This document shows positions 32,185-42,338 of a DNA stretch of 64,000 bases, one piece after another. Numbering within the stretch: the first letter of the stretch is position 1; every line of letters begins with the position of its first letter. A program made the position numbers and the translations under genes. Below the pieces are notes generated by a model. The model saw nothing but the letters and a program-made list of their open reading frames with translations, had not been told where the DNA came from and did not search any database. The DNA is from an uncultured Methylomirabilota bacterium (GTDB lineage Bacteria > Methylomirabilota > Methylomirabilia > Methylomirabilales > 2-02-FULL-66-22): NCBI GenBank assembly GCA_963845565.1, contig CAWJSJ010000002.1, positions 192,001-256,000 of the forward strand. The letters are read 5' to 3'.

Positions 32185-32978
32185 TCCCGGCCCGCCGCTC
32201 CGATCCCGTCATGCGCTTCTTCGACGTGTACGTCCGCCGATATCTGAGACGGCACTTCAGTAGAGTGCGTCTGTGGGGAACGCCGCAGGAGATCGGCGTC
32301 CCGTCCGGTGTGCCGCTCGTCTTCGTGATGAGCCACGCCTCCTGGTGGGACGTCCTGATCGGCTATCACCTGGCTCGTCAGGTGATCCGGCGCGAGAGCT
32401 ACGCCCCCATGGATGAGGCCCAGCTCCGGCGCTACCGGATCCTGGCCCGGCTTGGCATCTATTCGGTGGATCGGTTCTCCGTGCCGGGCGTGCGCGCCTT
32501 CCTCCGCTACACGGGGGCGCTCCTGACCGGCGATCGGTCCGTCTGGATCACCCCCCAAGGGGAGATCGTCTCCAACTGGCAGCGTCCCGTCCGTTTCCAG
32601 ATGGGCGTGGGACACCTCATCCGGCGACTGCCGGAGGTCGCCGTCGTCCCCGTGGCCGTCCACTACGAATTCCTCGAAGAGCCGCGCCCCGAGATCTTCG
32701 TCCGCTTCGGCCCCGCACGCCATTTCCGCGCCGAGCAGGGAAAAGCCGTCGAAATCGCCGCGCGCCTGGAACAAGACCTGGAAGAAACCCTGGACCGGCT
32801 GCTGGGCGACGTCACCACGCGGGCACTGGACGGATACACGGTCTTGCTGGACGGCAAGACCTCCACGAGCCTCGTGTACGACACGGTGCGATCCGTCCGC
32901 GCCTGGCTCACCGGGCGCCCCGACCCGGCGCGGCACGGCGATCTCGTCTCCGACCCCCGAAAGGGGCGAACCAAATGA
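32181..32978 (+). CDS. PlsC-family acyltransferase (likely carotenoid glycoside acyltransferase)
   Basis: SHASWWD (HX4D) and ITPQGE motifs; ATGA overlaps on both sides. Confidence 0.8.
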   Translation: MIPARRSDPVMRFFDVYVRRYLRRHFSRVRLWGTPQEIGVPSGVPLVFVMSHASWWDVLIGYHLARQVIRRESYAPMDEAQLRRYRILARLGIYSVDRFSVPGVRAFLRYTGALLTGDRSVWITPQGEIVSNWQRPVRFQMGVGHLIRRLPEVAVVPVAVHYEFLEEPRPEIFVRFGPARHFRAEQGKAVEIAARLEQDLEETLDRLLGDVTTRALDGYTVLLDGKTSTSLVYDTVRSVRAWLTGRPDPARHGDLVSDPRKGRTK

Positions 32979-34126
32979 CCGCGGTCCTGGACGGGCTGGC
33001 TCCGATCATTCTCACGGCCCTCCTTGTCATCGCCGGGCTGGCGGTCTGGAACCTCTGTCTGTTCCGAAGAGCGCCCCGGGCCGTGGAGGACGAGACCTCC
33101 GTCTCCGTCCTGATCCCGGCGCGGAACGAAGAGGCGAACATCGAGGGCGCCGTCCGGGCCGCATGTGCTCAGACCCATCGAAAGGTCGAGGTGGTGGTCC
33201 TGGACGACGGCTCGACGGACGCCACGCCTCGCCTCCTCGCCGCGCTCCGGGCCGAGTGCCCCCGCCTCCGCGTGGCGGCCGGGCAACCGCTCCCCGCCGG
33301 CTGGGCCGGGAAGGCCTGGGCCTGCTGGCAACTGGCCGCCGAGCATGCCCGTCACGACTGGCTCCTCTTCGTGGACGCCGATGTCAGGCTGTCCCCCGAG
33401 GCAGTCTCGCGCGCCCTGGCGGCGGCTCGGGTGCGGCGGGTGGATTTCCTTTCCGCCTTCCCGCGCCAGCTCGTGCCGACGATTGGCGAGGCGCTCCTGG
33501 CGCCGCTCATGTACCTGCTCCTGGTGGCGTACCTCCCCATGGCGTTCATCCGGTGGACCCGCCTGCCGAGCCTCTCGGCGGCCACCGGGCAGTTCATGCT
33601 CGTCCGCCGAGAGGCCTATCTCGCCGCGGACGGACACCGGGCGGTTCGGGCGACGCTCCACGACGGGGTCAAGCTGGCGCGCCGGATGAAGCGCGCCGGC
33701 TTCCCGATCGGCATCGTGGACGGGCAGGACCTGGCCACCTGTCGGATGTACGCCGGTTTCCGTGCCTCCTGGCGAGGCTTCGCCCGGAACGCCTACGAGG
33801 CGCTGGGGTCCCCTGTGGCGCTGATCATCATGACCACGCTGAACCTGGCGCTCTTCGTGCTCCCGTTCGTGGCGTTGCCCTGGTCGGCACTCGCCGGCGC
33901 GCGCTCCACCGCCGCCTGGGGTCTGGCCGTGCTGGTGGTGCTCGCGCTGCGGCTCACGCTGGCCTGGCGCTTTCAGCATCCCTGGTGGATCGCCCTCGCC
34001 ACACCGGTCGCCATTCTGGCGTTGACCGGCATCCAGGCGGAGTCGTACCTCCGATACCGGACGGGCCGGTCCGTCCTCTGGCGCGATCGCGCGTACTCCG
34101 GGACCGCCGCCGCCGGAAAGGAATGA
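32975..34126 (+). CDS. Family 2 glycosyltransferase (CrtQ/CruC-like)
   Basis: SVLIPARNEE, DDGSTD, GWAGKAWAC, FVDADV, CRMY; C-terminal TM helices. Confidence 0.85.
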   Translation: MTAVLDGLAPIILTALLVIAGLAVWNLCLFRRAPRAVEDETSVSVLIPARNEEANIEGAVRAACAQTHRKVEVVVLDDGSTDATPRLLAALRAECPRLRVAAGQPLPAGWAGKAWACWQLAAEHARHDWLLFVDADVRLSPEAVSRALAAARVRRVDFLSAFPRQLVPTIGEALLAPLMYLLLVAYLPMAFIRWTRLPSLSAATGQFMLVRREAYLAADGHRAVRATLHDGVKLARRMKRAGFPIGIVDGQDLATCRMYAGFRASWRGFARNAYEALGSPVALIIMTTLNLALFVLPFVALPWSALAGARSTAAWGLAVLVVLALRLTLAWRFQHPWWIALATPVAILALTGIQAESYLRYRTGRSVLWRDRAYSGTAAAGKE

Positions 34127-34129
34127 GCC

Positions 34130-34672
34130 GTGGCGCACAGATTGGTCGCGTTCCTGGTGCCGTTCGTCCTGCTGGCGCTCGCCGGCGTCGGCGTGGGTGG
34201 GCCTTCCGCCCTCCCGGATCTCGCTTTGCAAGATCAGGAGGGGCGGTCGCTCCAGCTCGCGTCCCTCCGCGGTCGCGTGGTCGTCATCGTGTACGGCGGA
34301 CGCGCCGGTGTCGAAGAACATTCCGCCTGGGGAAAGCGATTGGATGCAGAGCTCAGGGAGCGCGGCGTCTACCGAGCGGAAGATCCGGAGAGTGGACGGC
34401 CGGTACGCATCCTGGCCGTGGCGGAGATGGGGGGAATCCCCGAGGCCTTCCGAGGGCTCATCCGATCTGCCGTCCGACCGGGAGTCGAGAAGGGCTACTC
34501 ACTCTGGCTCGACTGGGACGACCGGATGAAACAGCTCTTCGGCAGCCACGATCCGCACTCGACCGTCCTGGTGGCCGACCGGGAAGGCACCGTTCGCCTG
34601 GTGGTGGGCGGCCCGCCGACCGGCGCCCCCCTCCGGGCGGTCCTCGAGCTTCTTAAACAGGTGGTCCCATGA
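34130..34672 (+). CDS. Exported thioredoxin-fold-like hypothetical protein without cysteines
   Basis: Signal peptide; LPDLALQDQEGRSLQLASLRGRVVVI resembles a redoxin N-terminus. Confidence 0.55.
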   Translation: MAHRLVAFLVPFVLLALAGVGVGGPSALPDLALQDQEGRSLQLASLRGRVVVIVYGGRAGVEEHSAWGKRLDAELRERGVYRAEDPESGRPVRILAVAEMGGIPEAFRGLIRSAVRPGVEKGYSLWLDWDDRMKQLFGSHDPHSTVLVADREGTVRLVVGGPPTGAPLRAVLELLKQVVP

Positions 34673-36586
34673 ACCTCGCCCTGCTGGCTTTCCTGGGCGC
34701 GATCCTCCTCGCCGGCCAGGCTGGGGCGGCCGAGGTCGGCGCCCTCTACGCGACACACTGCGCCGTGTGCCACGGAAACGCGGGCCGGGGCGACGGCCCC
34801 GCCATGGGCGCCCTGCATCCTCGACCCCGCGATTTCACCACCGGAGTGTACAAACTCCGGTCCACGCCCTCCGGCAGTTTGCCGATCCTCGCGGATGTGT
34901 CGCGGTCCATCCGGGTCGGTGTGCCCGGGACCAGCATGCCCGGCTACCAGAGCACGCTTTCGCCCGCCGAGATTGACGACCTGTCCCGCCTCCTGCTCGC
35001 CATGGCACCCGGGTCGGCGCGGGCGGCCGCACCGCTCGCGCTCGGCCCCGCACCGCCGCCGTCACCCCAAGCGATCGAGCGCGGACGGACCTACTTTGCG
35101 CGCGCCGGCTGCGGGGCCTGCCACGGCACTGCGGGGCGCGCCCTGCCCTGGCGGCCTTCGCGCGAGGGCCCGGACGGCCCCAGCCGGCCCACCGCCCTCG
35201 CAGAGCCGTGGACGTTCCGCGGCGGGAGCGAGCCGGAGCAGGTCGTCCTCCGGATCCTGACGGGCATCGACGGCTCGTCCATGCCGGCGTTTGCCGGGCG
35301 CGTCGGCCCGGCCCAGGCATGGGAGATCGCGGGATATGTGGACACCCTGGCGCGCACCCCTGTCTGGCAGGAATCCGACCCGGCCACGGTCCGGACGGTC
35401 GGAATCTCCTCCGATCCCGTGGATCGCGGCCGCTATCTGGTGAGCGCCACCCAGTGCATGCTCTGTCACACGCCGATCAGCGCCGAGGACGGTGCCTACG
35501 ACACCGCGCTCTACATGGCGGGCGGCATGCGCGTCAGCGCCTACCCCTGGGGCGTCTGGTACAGTCGCAACATCACGTCGGACGAAGAGACGGGCATCGG
35601 CCGCTGGACCGAGGACGAGCTGATCCAGGCCGTCATGCGCGGGGTCGCCAGGGACGGCCGCCGCCTGCATCCCATGGCAATGTCGTGGCCGTGGTTCACC
35701 AGACTCACGGAGTCGGATGCGCGGGCGATTGCCGTCTACCTCAAGCGAGCTCCCCGCCATCCGGAATCCCGTGCCGCTCCCGGAGCCAGTCCCGCTGGCC
35801 GAGGCCGCGGGGGGACGGCTCGCGCACGCGTTCGGCGCCGAGGTCGCGCTGGAGTTCTGGGGAGGGAACGCCGCGACCGATCCCGGCCTCCGGGGCGACC
35901 TGGCAGCACCGCCTGGGCGACGGACAGTGGCGCTGGTGCTGGGGTGGGGTGTGCTCGGCGTGCCCGCGCTGGCCGTCACTGTCGGCCTGCGGCGACGCCG
36001 CCGGTGGCCCTGGTTCGCCGGGGCGGTCGTCGGCCTCATCGGGTGGAGCGTGCTGGCCATCTGGCCGCCGGTCGATCTCATGAGCCCGGAGACGACAGCC
36101 AAGTGGCTGCTGATGGGCACGCCCGGGACTCCGGCGTCGCTGAGCGGAGCGCAGCGTGCCCTGGTCGAACGCGGCGAGTATCTGGCCACGGTCGCGCCGT
36201 GCGGCTTGTGCCATACCCCTGTGGACCCGCTGGTGGGGTTCCGCACCTCCAAGACGCTCGCAGGCGGGATGGAGGCGCGCTGGAAGGTGTACGGCAGCCA
36301 GGTGTCCACCAACCTGACGCCGCACGAGGACGGCATCGCCTCCACGGCCGACGACACGATTCTCCGTGCCATGCGGAGCGGCATCGGGAAGGACGGCCGC
36401 CACATGCACTGGCAGGCCATGTCCTGGGACATCATCTCAAACTTCTCCGAGGAGGACCAGCACGCCATCATCGCCTATCTTCGCGCCCTTCCGCCGGTCC
36501 GGGGGCGCGTCCCGGCCCCCCGCGGACCCCGACCGGGCGACCCGCCGGCCGCCGCGTTCATCTTCGGCGACCGGGCGCTCCGTTGA
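34669..36586 (+). CDS. Membrane-associated multiheme cytochrome c (4 CxxCH; frameshift near 35745)
   Basis: CAVCH, CGACH, CMLCH and CGLCH; PRDFT..YKLRST; two TM segments before the fourth heme domain. Confidence 0.8.
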
Positions 36587-36705
36587 GGCGGGAGTCATGC
36601 AGCGACCCCCGGACAAAAAGAGTTGCGCGCCGCGGCATTTCGCCCTAGGGTGAGCGCCGTTTTGTTGTGAGCGGGATCGCCGCCAACCCCTTCGAATGGA
36701 GAGGC

Positions 36706-37899
36706 ATGCCTCGGTTGCCGTTTCCTCTATTCCCGCTCGCTTTCCTCACGGCGATCTTCTACCTGAACTTCGTCTCGCGGATCATCCTGGGGCCGTTCCT
36801 GCCGGTGATCGAGCACGAGCTGGGTCTGGGACACGGCGGCGCGGGATCCCTGTTTCTCTTCATCCAGATTGGCTACGCCACAGGCCTTCTGGGATCCGGC
36901 TTCGTCTCCTGGCGATTCACCCATCGGCACACCATCGTGACGTCTGCCGTCGTCGTCGGGATCGCCATGGTGGGCTTGTCGCTCGCCGCGTCCCTGGGGG
37001 CGATGCGGTTCTGGTTGGTTCTCGGTGGCGCCGGGGCGGGCCTGTACCTTCCCTCCGGCGTCGCCACCATCACGCATCTGGTCAACGACGCCCACTGGGG
37101 CAAGGCGCTGGCATTTCACGAGCTAGCGCCCAACCTCGCCTTCATCACGGCGCCGCTCTTGGCCGAAGCTCTCTTTTCCGCCCTCTTGTGGCGCGGCGTG
37201 CTGGTTGTCGTGGGAAGCGTGGCGATTCTCCTGGGTGGCTGCTTTGCCCTTTCGGGCCATGGGGGAAGCCGACGTGGTGAGGCGCCGCGCCTTCAGACCG
37301 TGGCCGGTCTGCTGCGCGACCGATCCGTGTGGGCCATGATGCTCATCTTCGCCGCCGGGGTAGGGTCGAGCCTCGGTGTGTATAGCTTGCTGCCGCTCTT
37401 CCTGGTCAGCGATGTCGGCATGACGCTTCGTGCCGCGAACAGCATCACCAGCCTCTCGCGCGTTGCGTGCCTGGCGGTCGCCTTCCTGTCGGGTTGGCTC
37501 ACGGATCGGATGGGCTATCGGCACGCCCTCGCTGTGGCCTTGACGACCACGGCAGCGCTCAACCTCTGCCTGGGACTGTTCCCGGGGCCGGTCCTCACCC
37601 CGATCTTTGTCTTTCTGCAGGGCGCTGCGGCGGTGATGTTTTTCCCGCCGGCCTTTGCTGCCGTCTCACGCCTTTTTCCGGCCCAGACGCGGAGTCTGGC
37701 GATCGCCCTCACCACCGCCGTCGGCGTGTTCCTCGGGGGCGGTGGGGTTCCCGCCCTTGTCGGATACCTGGCCGAGGTTGCGTCATTCTCGACCGCCTTC
37801 ACCGTGGTCGGAGCCCTGGCGATTCTCTCGCCACTGCTCTTGCGTGTCGGGACTCGCGAAGCGGGCGCCAGGGACGCGGCGACGGGCGGCAGAACCTAA
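36706..37899 (+). CDS. MFS transporter
   Basis: About 12 hydrophobic segments; GWLTDRMG motif. Confidence 0.85.
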   Translation: MPRLPFPLFPLAFLTAIFYLNFVSRIILGPFLPVIEHELGLGHGGAGSLFLFIQIGYATGLLGSGFVSWRFTHRHTIVTSAVVVGIAMVGLSLAASLGAMRFWLVLGGAGAGLYLPSGVATITHLVNDAHWGKALAFHELAPNLAFITAPLLAEALFSALLWRGVLVVVGSVAILLGGCFALSGHGGSRRGEAPRLQTVAGLLRDRSVWAMMLIFAAGVGSSLGVYSLLPLFLVSDVGMTLRAANSITSLSRVACLAVAFLSGWLTDRMGYRHALAVALTTTAALNLCLGLFPGPVLTPIFVFLQGAAAVMFFPPAFAAVSRLFPAQTRSLAIALTTAVGVFLGGGGVPALVGYLAEVASFSTAFTVVGALAILSPLLLRVGTREAGARDAATGGRT

Positions 37900-38025
37900 C
37901 AGGCTGCTGAAAAAGTCCCATCTACGGCGTTGGCGCGCTCGCACGGCGCTGCGACGTACGTGCGAAGTACGCCTCGCACCGCGCATCGCTTGCCGCCTTG
38001 TATCTGGAACTTTTTGAGCCGCCTG
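37900..38025. repeat. Family B palindromic repeat, copy 4
   Basis: CAGGCTGCTGAAAAAG...CTTTTTGAGCCGCCTG; CGTAC..GTACG core. Confidence 0.9.
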
Positions 38026-38206
38026 ACCGAAAGTCAGTTCTTCCGCATCTTGCTAGAAAGCGCGAGTACCCCCGGCGCCCTTTCCTCTTGACACGATTCG
38101 GCAGGATGCGGCATGCTCCAACGTGCGGCCGGGATTCGGGGGGTGAGCGCTTGGCCGGCCGCGTTACCGAACGAGGTTTGTCGGCTGCTTGAGAGGTGGG
38201 AGACCG

Positions 38207-39739
38207 ATGGCCGCAAAACGTGTGCTCATCGTCGGCGCCGGACCGGGCGGGCTGACCGCCGGCATGATCCTGGCGCACCGCGGCTTCGACGTCACCGTGT
38301 TCGAAGCCAACGAGCGCGTCGGCGGGCGCAACGCGCCCCTCAAGGCCGACGGGTACACCTTCGACACGGGCCCGACGTTTCTCATGATGAACTTCGTCCT
38401 GCGGGAGATGTTCGAGGCAGCGGGGCGGAACGTCGAGGACTATCTCCGGTTTAAGAAGCTCGATCCCATGTACCGCCTGGCGTTCGATGACCGGGATGTG
38501 GTCGTGTCCGCGGATCACGACAAGATGCGGGAACAGATCCGGAGGCAATTCCCCGGCAACGAAGACGGCCTGGATCGGTTCCTCGCGAAAGAGAGAAAGC
38601 GCTACGCATATCTCTTCCCCTGCATTCAAAAGGACTATTCGACGTTCGCGTCGCTCCTCTCTTGGACACTCCTGCGGGCAGCGCCGTACCTGTCCCCCAC
38701 CAAGAGCGTCTTCGACAATCTTGGCCGGTACTTCGATGACGAGAAGCTGAAACTATCGTTCACGTTCCAGGCCAAGTACCTCGGGATGTCGGCCTGGGAG
38801 TGCCCCGCGCTTTTCACGATGCTTCCCTTCGTCGAGCATGAGTACGGAATCTATCATGTGATCGGGGGCCTCAACCAGATCTCCCAGGCCATGGCGAAGG
38901 TGGTGGAGGAAGAGGGCGGGAAGATTCACACCTCCACCCCGGTGAGATCGCTCTGGACCGAAGACAAGACGGTCAAGGGCGTCCGCCTGGAAAACGGCGA
39001 GGCGGTTCCCGGAGACGTCGTCATCGTCAACGCCGACTTTGCCCACGCCATGAGTCACCTGGTGGAGCCGGGGATCCTCAAGAAATACAGCCGGGAGAAC
39101 CTGCGAAAACGCGAGTACTCCTGCTCGACATTCATGATCTACCTGGGCGTGAAGAAACGCTACGACATGGACCATCACACCATCGTGTTTGCCAAGGATT
39201 ATCAAACCAATGTGAAGAACATATTCCACGACAGAATTCTCTCGGATGATCTGTCGTTCTATGTCCAGAACGCCTCCGTCACCGACCCGACGGTTGCGCC
39301 CGAAGGGAAGTCCACGATCTACATCCTCGTCCCCATCGGCAACCGGCTGGGGCCGACCGACTGGGCAAAGGAGAAGGAGCCCTTCAAGCACAAGATCCTG
39401 GATCTCGTGACGCGGCGCACGCCCATGAAGGATCTCCGAGACCAGATCGAAGTGGAGCGCGTCCTGACGCCCCTGGACTGGGAAGAGAAGGGGCGCATCT
39501 ATCTGGGCGCGACCTTCAACCTGTCCCACACCTTCTCGCAATTGCTGTATCTGCGCCCCCGCAATCGTTTCGAAGAGCTGGACAACTGCTACCTGGTCGG
39601 TGGCGGCACGCATCCCGGAAGCGGCCTGCCCACCATCTACGAGTCGGCCCGGATCTCCAGCAACCTGATCTGCCGCAGACACGGCGTCCCGTTCGCGGCG
39701 CCGACCGGCCTCCCCGATAAGGTCCCGCTCCGCGGATAG
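38207..39739 (+). CDS. Phytoene/diapophytoene desaturase (CrtI/CrtN family)
   Basis: [45 protein letters not shown]. Confidence 0.9.
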   Translation: MAAKRVLIVGAGPGGLTAGMILAHRGFDVTVFEANERVGGRNAPLKADGYTFDTGPTFLMMNFVLREMFEAAGRNVEDYLRFKKLDPMYRLAFDDRDVVVSADHDKMREQIRRQFPGNEDGLDRFLAKERKRYAYLFPCIQKDYSTFASLLSWTLLRAAPYLSPTKSVFDNLGRYFDDEKLKLSFTFQAKYLGMSAWECPALFTMLPFVEHEYGIYHVIGGLNQISQAMAKVVEEEGGKIHTSTPVRSLWTEDKTVKGVRLENGEAVPGDVVIVNADFAHAMSHLVEPGILKKYSRENLRKREYSCSTFMIYLGVKKRYDMDHHTIVFAKDYQTNVKNIFHDRILSDDLSFYVQNASVTDPTVAPEGKSTIYILVPIGNRLGPTDWAKEKEPFKHKILDLVTRRTPMKDLRDQIEVERVLTPLDWEEKGRIYLGATFNLSHTFSQLLYLRPRNRFEELDNCYLVGGGTHPGSGLPTIYESARISSNLICRRHGVPFAAPTGLPDKVPLRG

Positions 39740-39829
39740 CGTCCAGCCGCCGCGGGTCGGCGCCGGCCGGGCCCGGAAATGGATGGGGGGCGCTCGCCAG
39801 CGCCCCCCATGTCACGTATGGTGCCGACT

Positions 39830-41164
39830 TCACCGGCCGGCCTGAATCGCCTTCACCGTGTCCTCGGTCGCCTGCAGCACCCGGTCGATATCCGCCGCGG
39901 TATGGGCGATGGAGAAGCCGTGGTGCGACGGCTTTCCTCCGCCGTCGCAGAAATAGACGCCGCGCTCGGTCATCCCGGCGAAGAACTTGAGGCCCAGCGC
40001 CGCATCCTGCTTCGCGGTGTCCGGATACGAACGCACCTCCTCCGAGAAGCCGAAATAGAGCCCGAAGCGCGCGCCGAGCCCTTGGCAGCGCGCCGGGAAG
40101 CCGTGCCGTCCGAAGATGGCGTTCATCCCGGGATACAGGCGATCCGCCAGGGCGAAAAGGTGGTCGTAGACTCCGGGGGCGCGGATGGCCGCGAGGCTCG
40201 CCTCCGCCGCCATGATCGGCACGAGGTTCGCGTTGTAGGTTCCGCTGTGCTCTGCGTTTCCCAGCGGCCGCAGGTGCTCCATGATCTCCCGCCGCCCGCC
40301 GAAGACCGACAGCGGCATCCCGCCGGCCACGCACTTCCCGATGGTGCACAGGTCCGGCACGATATCGAAATAGGCCTGGGCGCAGCCCGGTCCCGTCCGG
40401 AAGGCCGTGAGGATCTCGTCGTAGATCAAAACGACGCCGTGCTCCGTGGCAAGCGCCCGCAGGCCCTGCATGTATTCCCGGCTCGGCACGATGCACCCGG
40501 CGTTGTAATGGATCGGCTCCAGGATGATCGCCGCGATCTCGTGTCCGTGGAGCTGGAGCGCGCGTCGCACCACATCCAGGTCGTTGAACGGGAGGAGGAT
40601 GACGTATTCCCCAATCCCCGCCGGGATCCCGCCCGACTTGACGGCGCGGCGCGGCGCTTCCGCCGGGCCGTCGGCGGGCGAATACCCGCCGTAGTTCCAC
40701 ATGACGTAGTCGTGGTACCCGTGGAAGTGGCCGTCGAACTTGATGAACTTCTCGCGGCCGGTGTACTCGCGGGCGAGGCGCAGGGCGTGCATCGTCGCCT
40801 CGGTCCCCGAGCAGGTGAAGCGCACCATGTCGATGCAGGGAACGATCTCGGCCAGTGCCTGGGCGACGCGGCTCGGCGCGCCCGTCTCGGTCCCACAGAC
40901 GGCACCGCAGGCCAGGGCGGCCTCGATCGCCGCGCGCACGCCCGGATGGTTGTGGCCGAGCAGCGCCGCTCCGTGGGCCGTGAGCATGTCCACGTACTGC
41001 CGCCCGTCCAGGTCGTACAGGTATGCCCCCTCGCCCCGGGAGACGTAGAACGGCCGCCCGAGCGCACGGTTCAGCCGGATCGACGACGAGACGCCTCCCG
41101 GGAGGACCGCTTGGGCGGCGCGATACAGGGCATCCTGACGACTACCATGGTCCGGTCCTGACAT
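39830..41164 (-). CDS. Class III aminotransferase, glutamate-1-semialdehyde aminomutase-like
   Basis: PGGVSS, CSGTEATM, FHGYHD, DEILTAFR, GKCVAGGMP. Confidence 0.85.
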   Translation of the reverse strand: MSGPDHGSRQDALYRAAQAVLPGGVSSSIRLNRALGRPFYVSRGEGAYLYDLDGRQYVDMLTAHGAALLGHNHPGVRAAIEAALACGAVCGTETGAPSRVAQALAEIVPCIDMVRFTCSGTEATMHALRLAREYTGREKFIKFDGHFHGYHDYVMWNYGGYSPADGPAEAPRRAVKSGGIPAGIGEYVILLPFNDLDVVRRALQLHGHEIAAIILEPIHYNAGCIVPSREYMQGLRALATEHGVVLIYDEILTAFRTGPGCAQAYFDIVPDLCTIGKCVAGGMPLSVFGGRREIMEHLRPLGNAEHSGTYNANLVPIMAAEASLAAIRAPGVYDHLFALADRLYPGMNAIFGRHGFPARCQGLGARFGLYFGFSEEVRSYPDTAKQDAALGLKFFAGMTERGVYFCDGGGKPSHHGFSIAHTAADIDRVLQATEDTVKAIQAGR

Positions 41165-41375
41165 GGGTGAGTCCTCCAACGTTGTGCGGGGTTGTCGGGG
41201 CGTCCGCTATGACGCCGCGCATGCTATCACAGAGGCGAACGCTGCCGCAATTCGGGCCGACAGCGCTCGCGCCAAACCGATTTGACTCGGCCGGAACCTT
41301 ATGGCACTCTGTCACGAACGAGTCGGTTTCCGGATGCAATCCACCCCAACAGACAAGGCTGCCCGGGAGGTGCGT

Positions 41376-42338
41376 ATGCTGATCGTGGTGCCTGACGACA
41401 ACCCGCCCGCGCTGGCGGGAACTCCTGCGCTGGACAGGATGCGGACGATCGGGGAGGTCCGCGTCTATGACTCGGATGCCACGGACCCCGCCGTCCTGAT
41501 CGAGCGCCTCACGCCGGCGGACGTGGCGGTGAACATCCGTGGGCGGACGCGCTTCACCGCCGAAGTCATGCACGCGTGCCCGCGCCTCCGGCTGATCTCC
41601 ATCTGGGGCACCGGCACCGACAACGTGGACCTGACGGCGGCGACGGCGCGCGGCATCACCGTCACCAACACCCCGGGGGCCAACGCGATCGCCGTGGCGG
41701 AGCACACCGTGGCCTTGATGCTGGCCGTGGTGAAACAGCTGGCCCCGGCCGATGCTGCCATGCGCCAGGGGGGCTGGCCCCGAAACCTGGTCCCGCAACT
41801 CCGCGGGAAGCGTCTTGGCCTGATCGGCACCGGCCTCATCGGCCGCGAGGTGGCCGCCATGGCCAAGGGCCTCGGCATGGAGGTCGTCGCCTGGACCTTT
41901 CACCCGAACGCCGGCCTGGCCGCCACTCTCGGCCTCCGATACGTCGAGCTGGACGAGCTCTTGCGCACCTCGGACGTCGTGTCCATGCATCTCCGCGCCA
42001 CGCCCGATGCCCATCGCTTCCTGAACCGGGAGCGCCTTGCCCTCCTGAAGCCGACGGCGTTCGTGGTGAACACCGCCCGGGGCGCCTTGATCGATGAAGC
42101 CGCGCTGGTCGAATGGCTGCGGGACAAGCGAATCGCGGGGGCGGGCCTGGACGTCTTCGAGACGGAGCCATTGCCGCAGGGCCACCCCCTGACCGCGCTG
42201 CCGAATGTCCTCCTCACCTCGCACTGCGCCGGCATGACGCCCGACTCCAACCTGATCGGCCTGGCCATGGCCGCAGAGAACATCGCAAACTTCCTGAAGG
42301 GCGCGCCGACCCACGTGGTCGCGGGTCCGGTACAATGA
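41376..42338 (+). CDS. D-2-hydroxyacid dehydrogenase (phosphoglycerate dehydrogenase-like)
   Basis: GTGTDNVD, AVAEHT, GTGLIG, VNTARG, AGLDVF. Confidence 0.9.
   Translation: MLIVVPDDNPPALAGTPALDRMRTIGEVRVYDSDATDPAVLIERLTPADVAVNIRGRTRFTAEVMHACPRLRLISIWGTGTDNVDLTAATARGITVTNTPGANAIAVAEHTVALMLAVVKQLAPADAAMRQGGWPRNLVPQLRGKRLGLIGTGLIGREVAAMAKGLGMEVVAWTFHPNAGLAATLGLRYVELDELLRTSDVVSMHLRATPDAHRFLNRERLALLKPTAFVVNTARGALIDEAALVEWLRDKRIAGAGLDVFETEPLPQGHPLTALPNVLLTSHCAGMTPDSNLIGLAMAAENIANFLKGAPTHVVAGPVQ

Noticed and set aside
39830..41164. Calling the gene hemL
   Set aside because: Family motifs are present but diverged and no tetrapyrrole genes are adjacent, so it may be a paralogue
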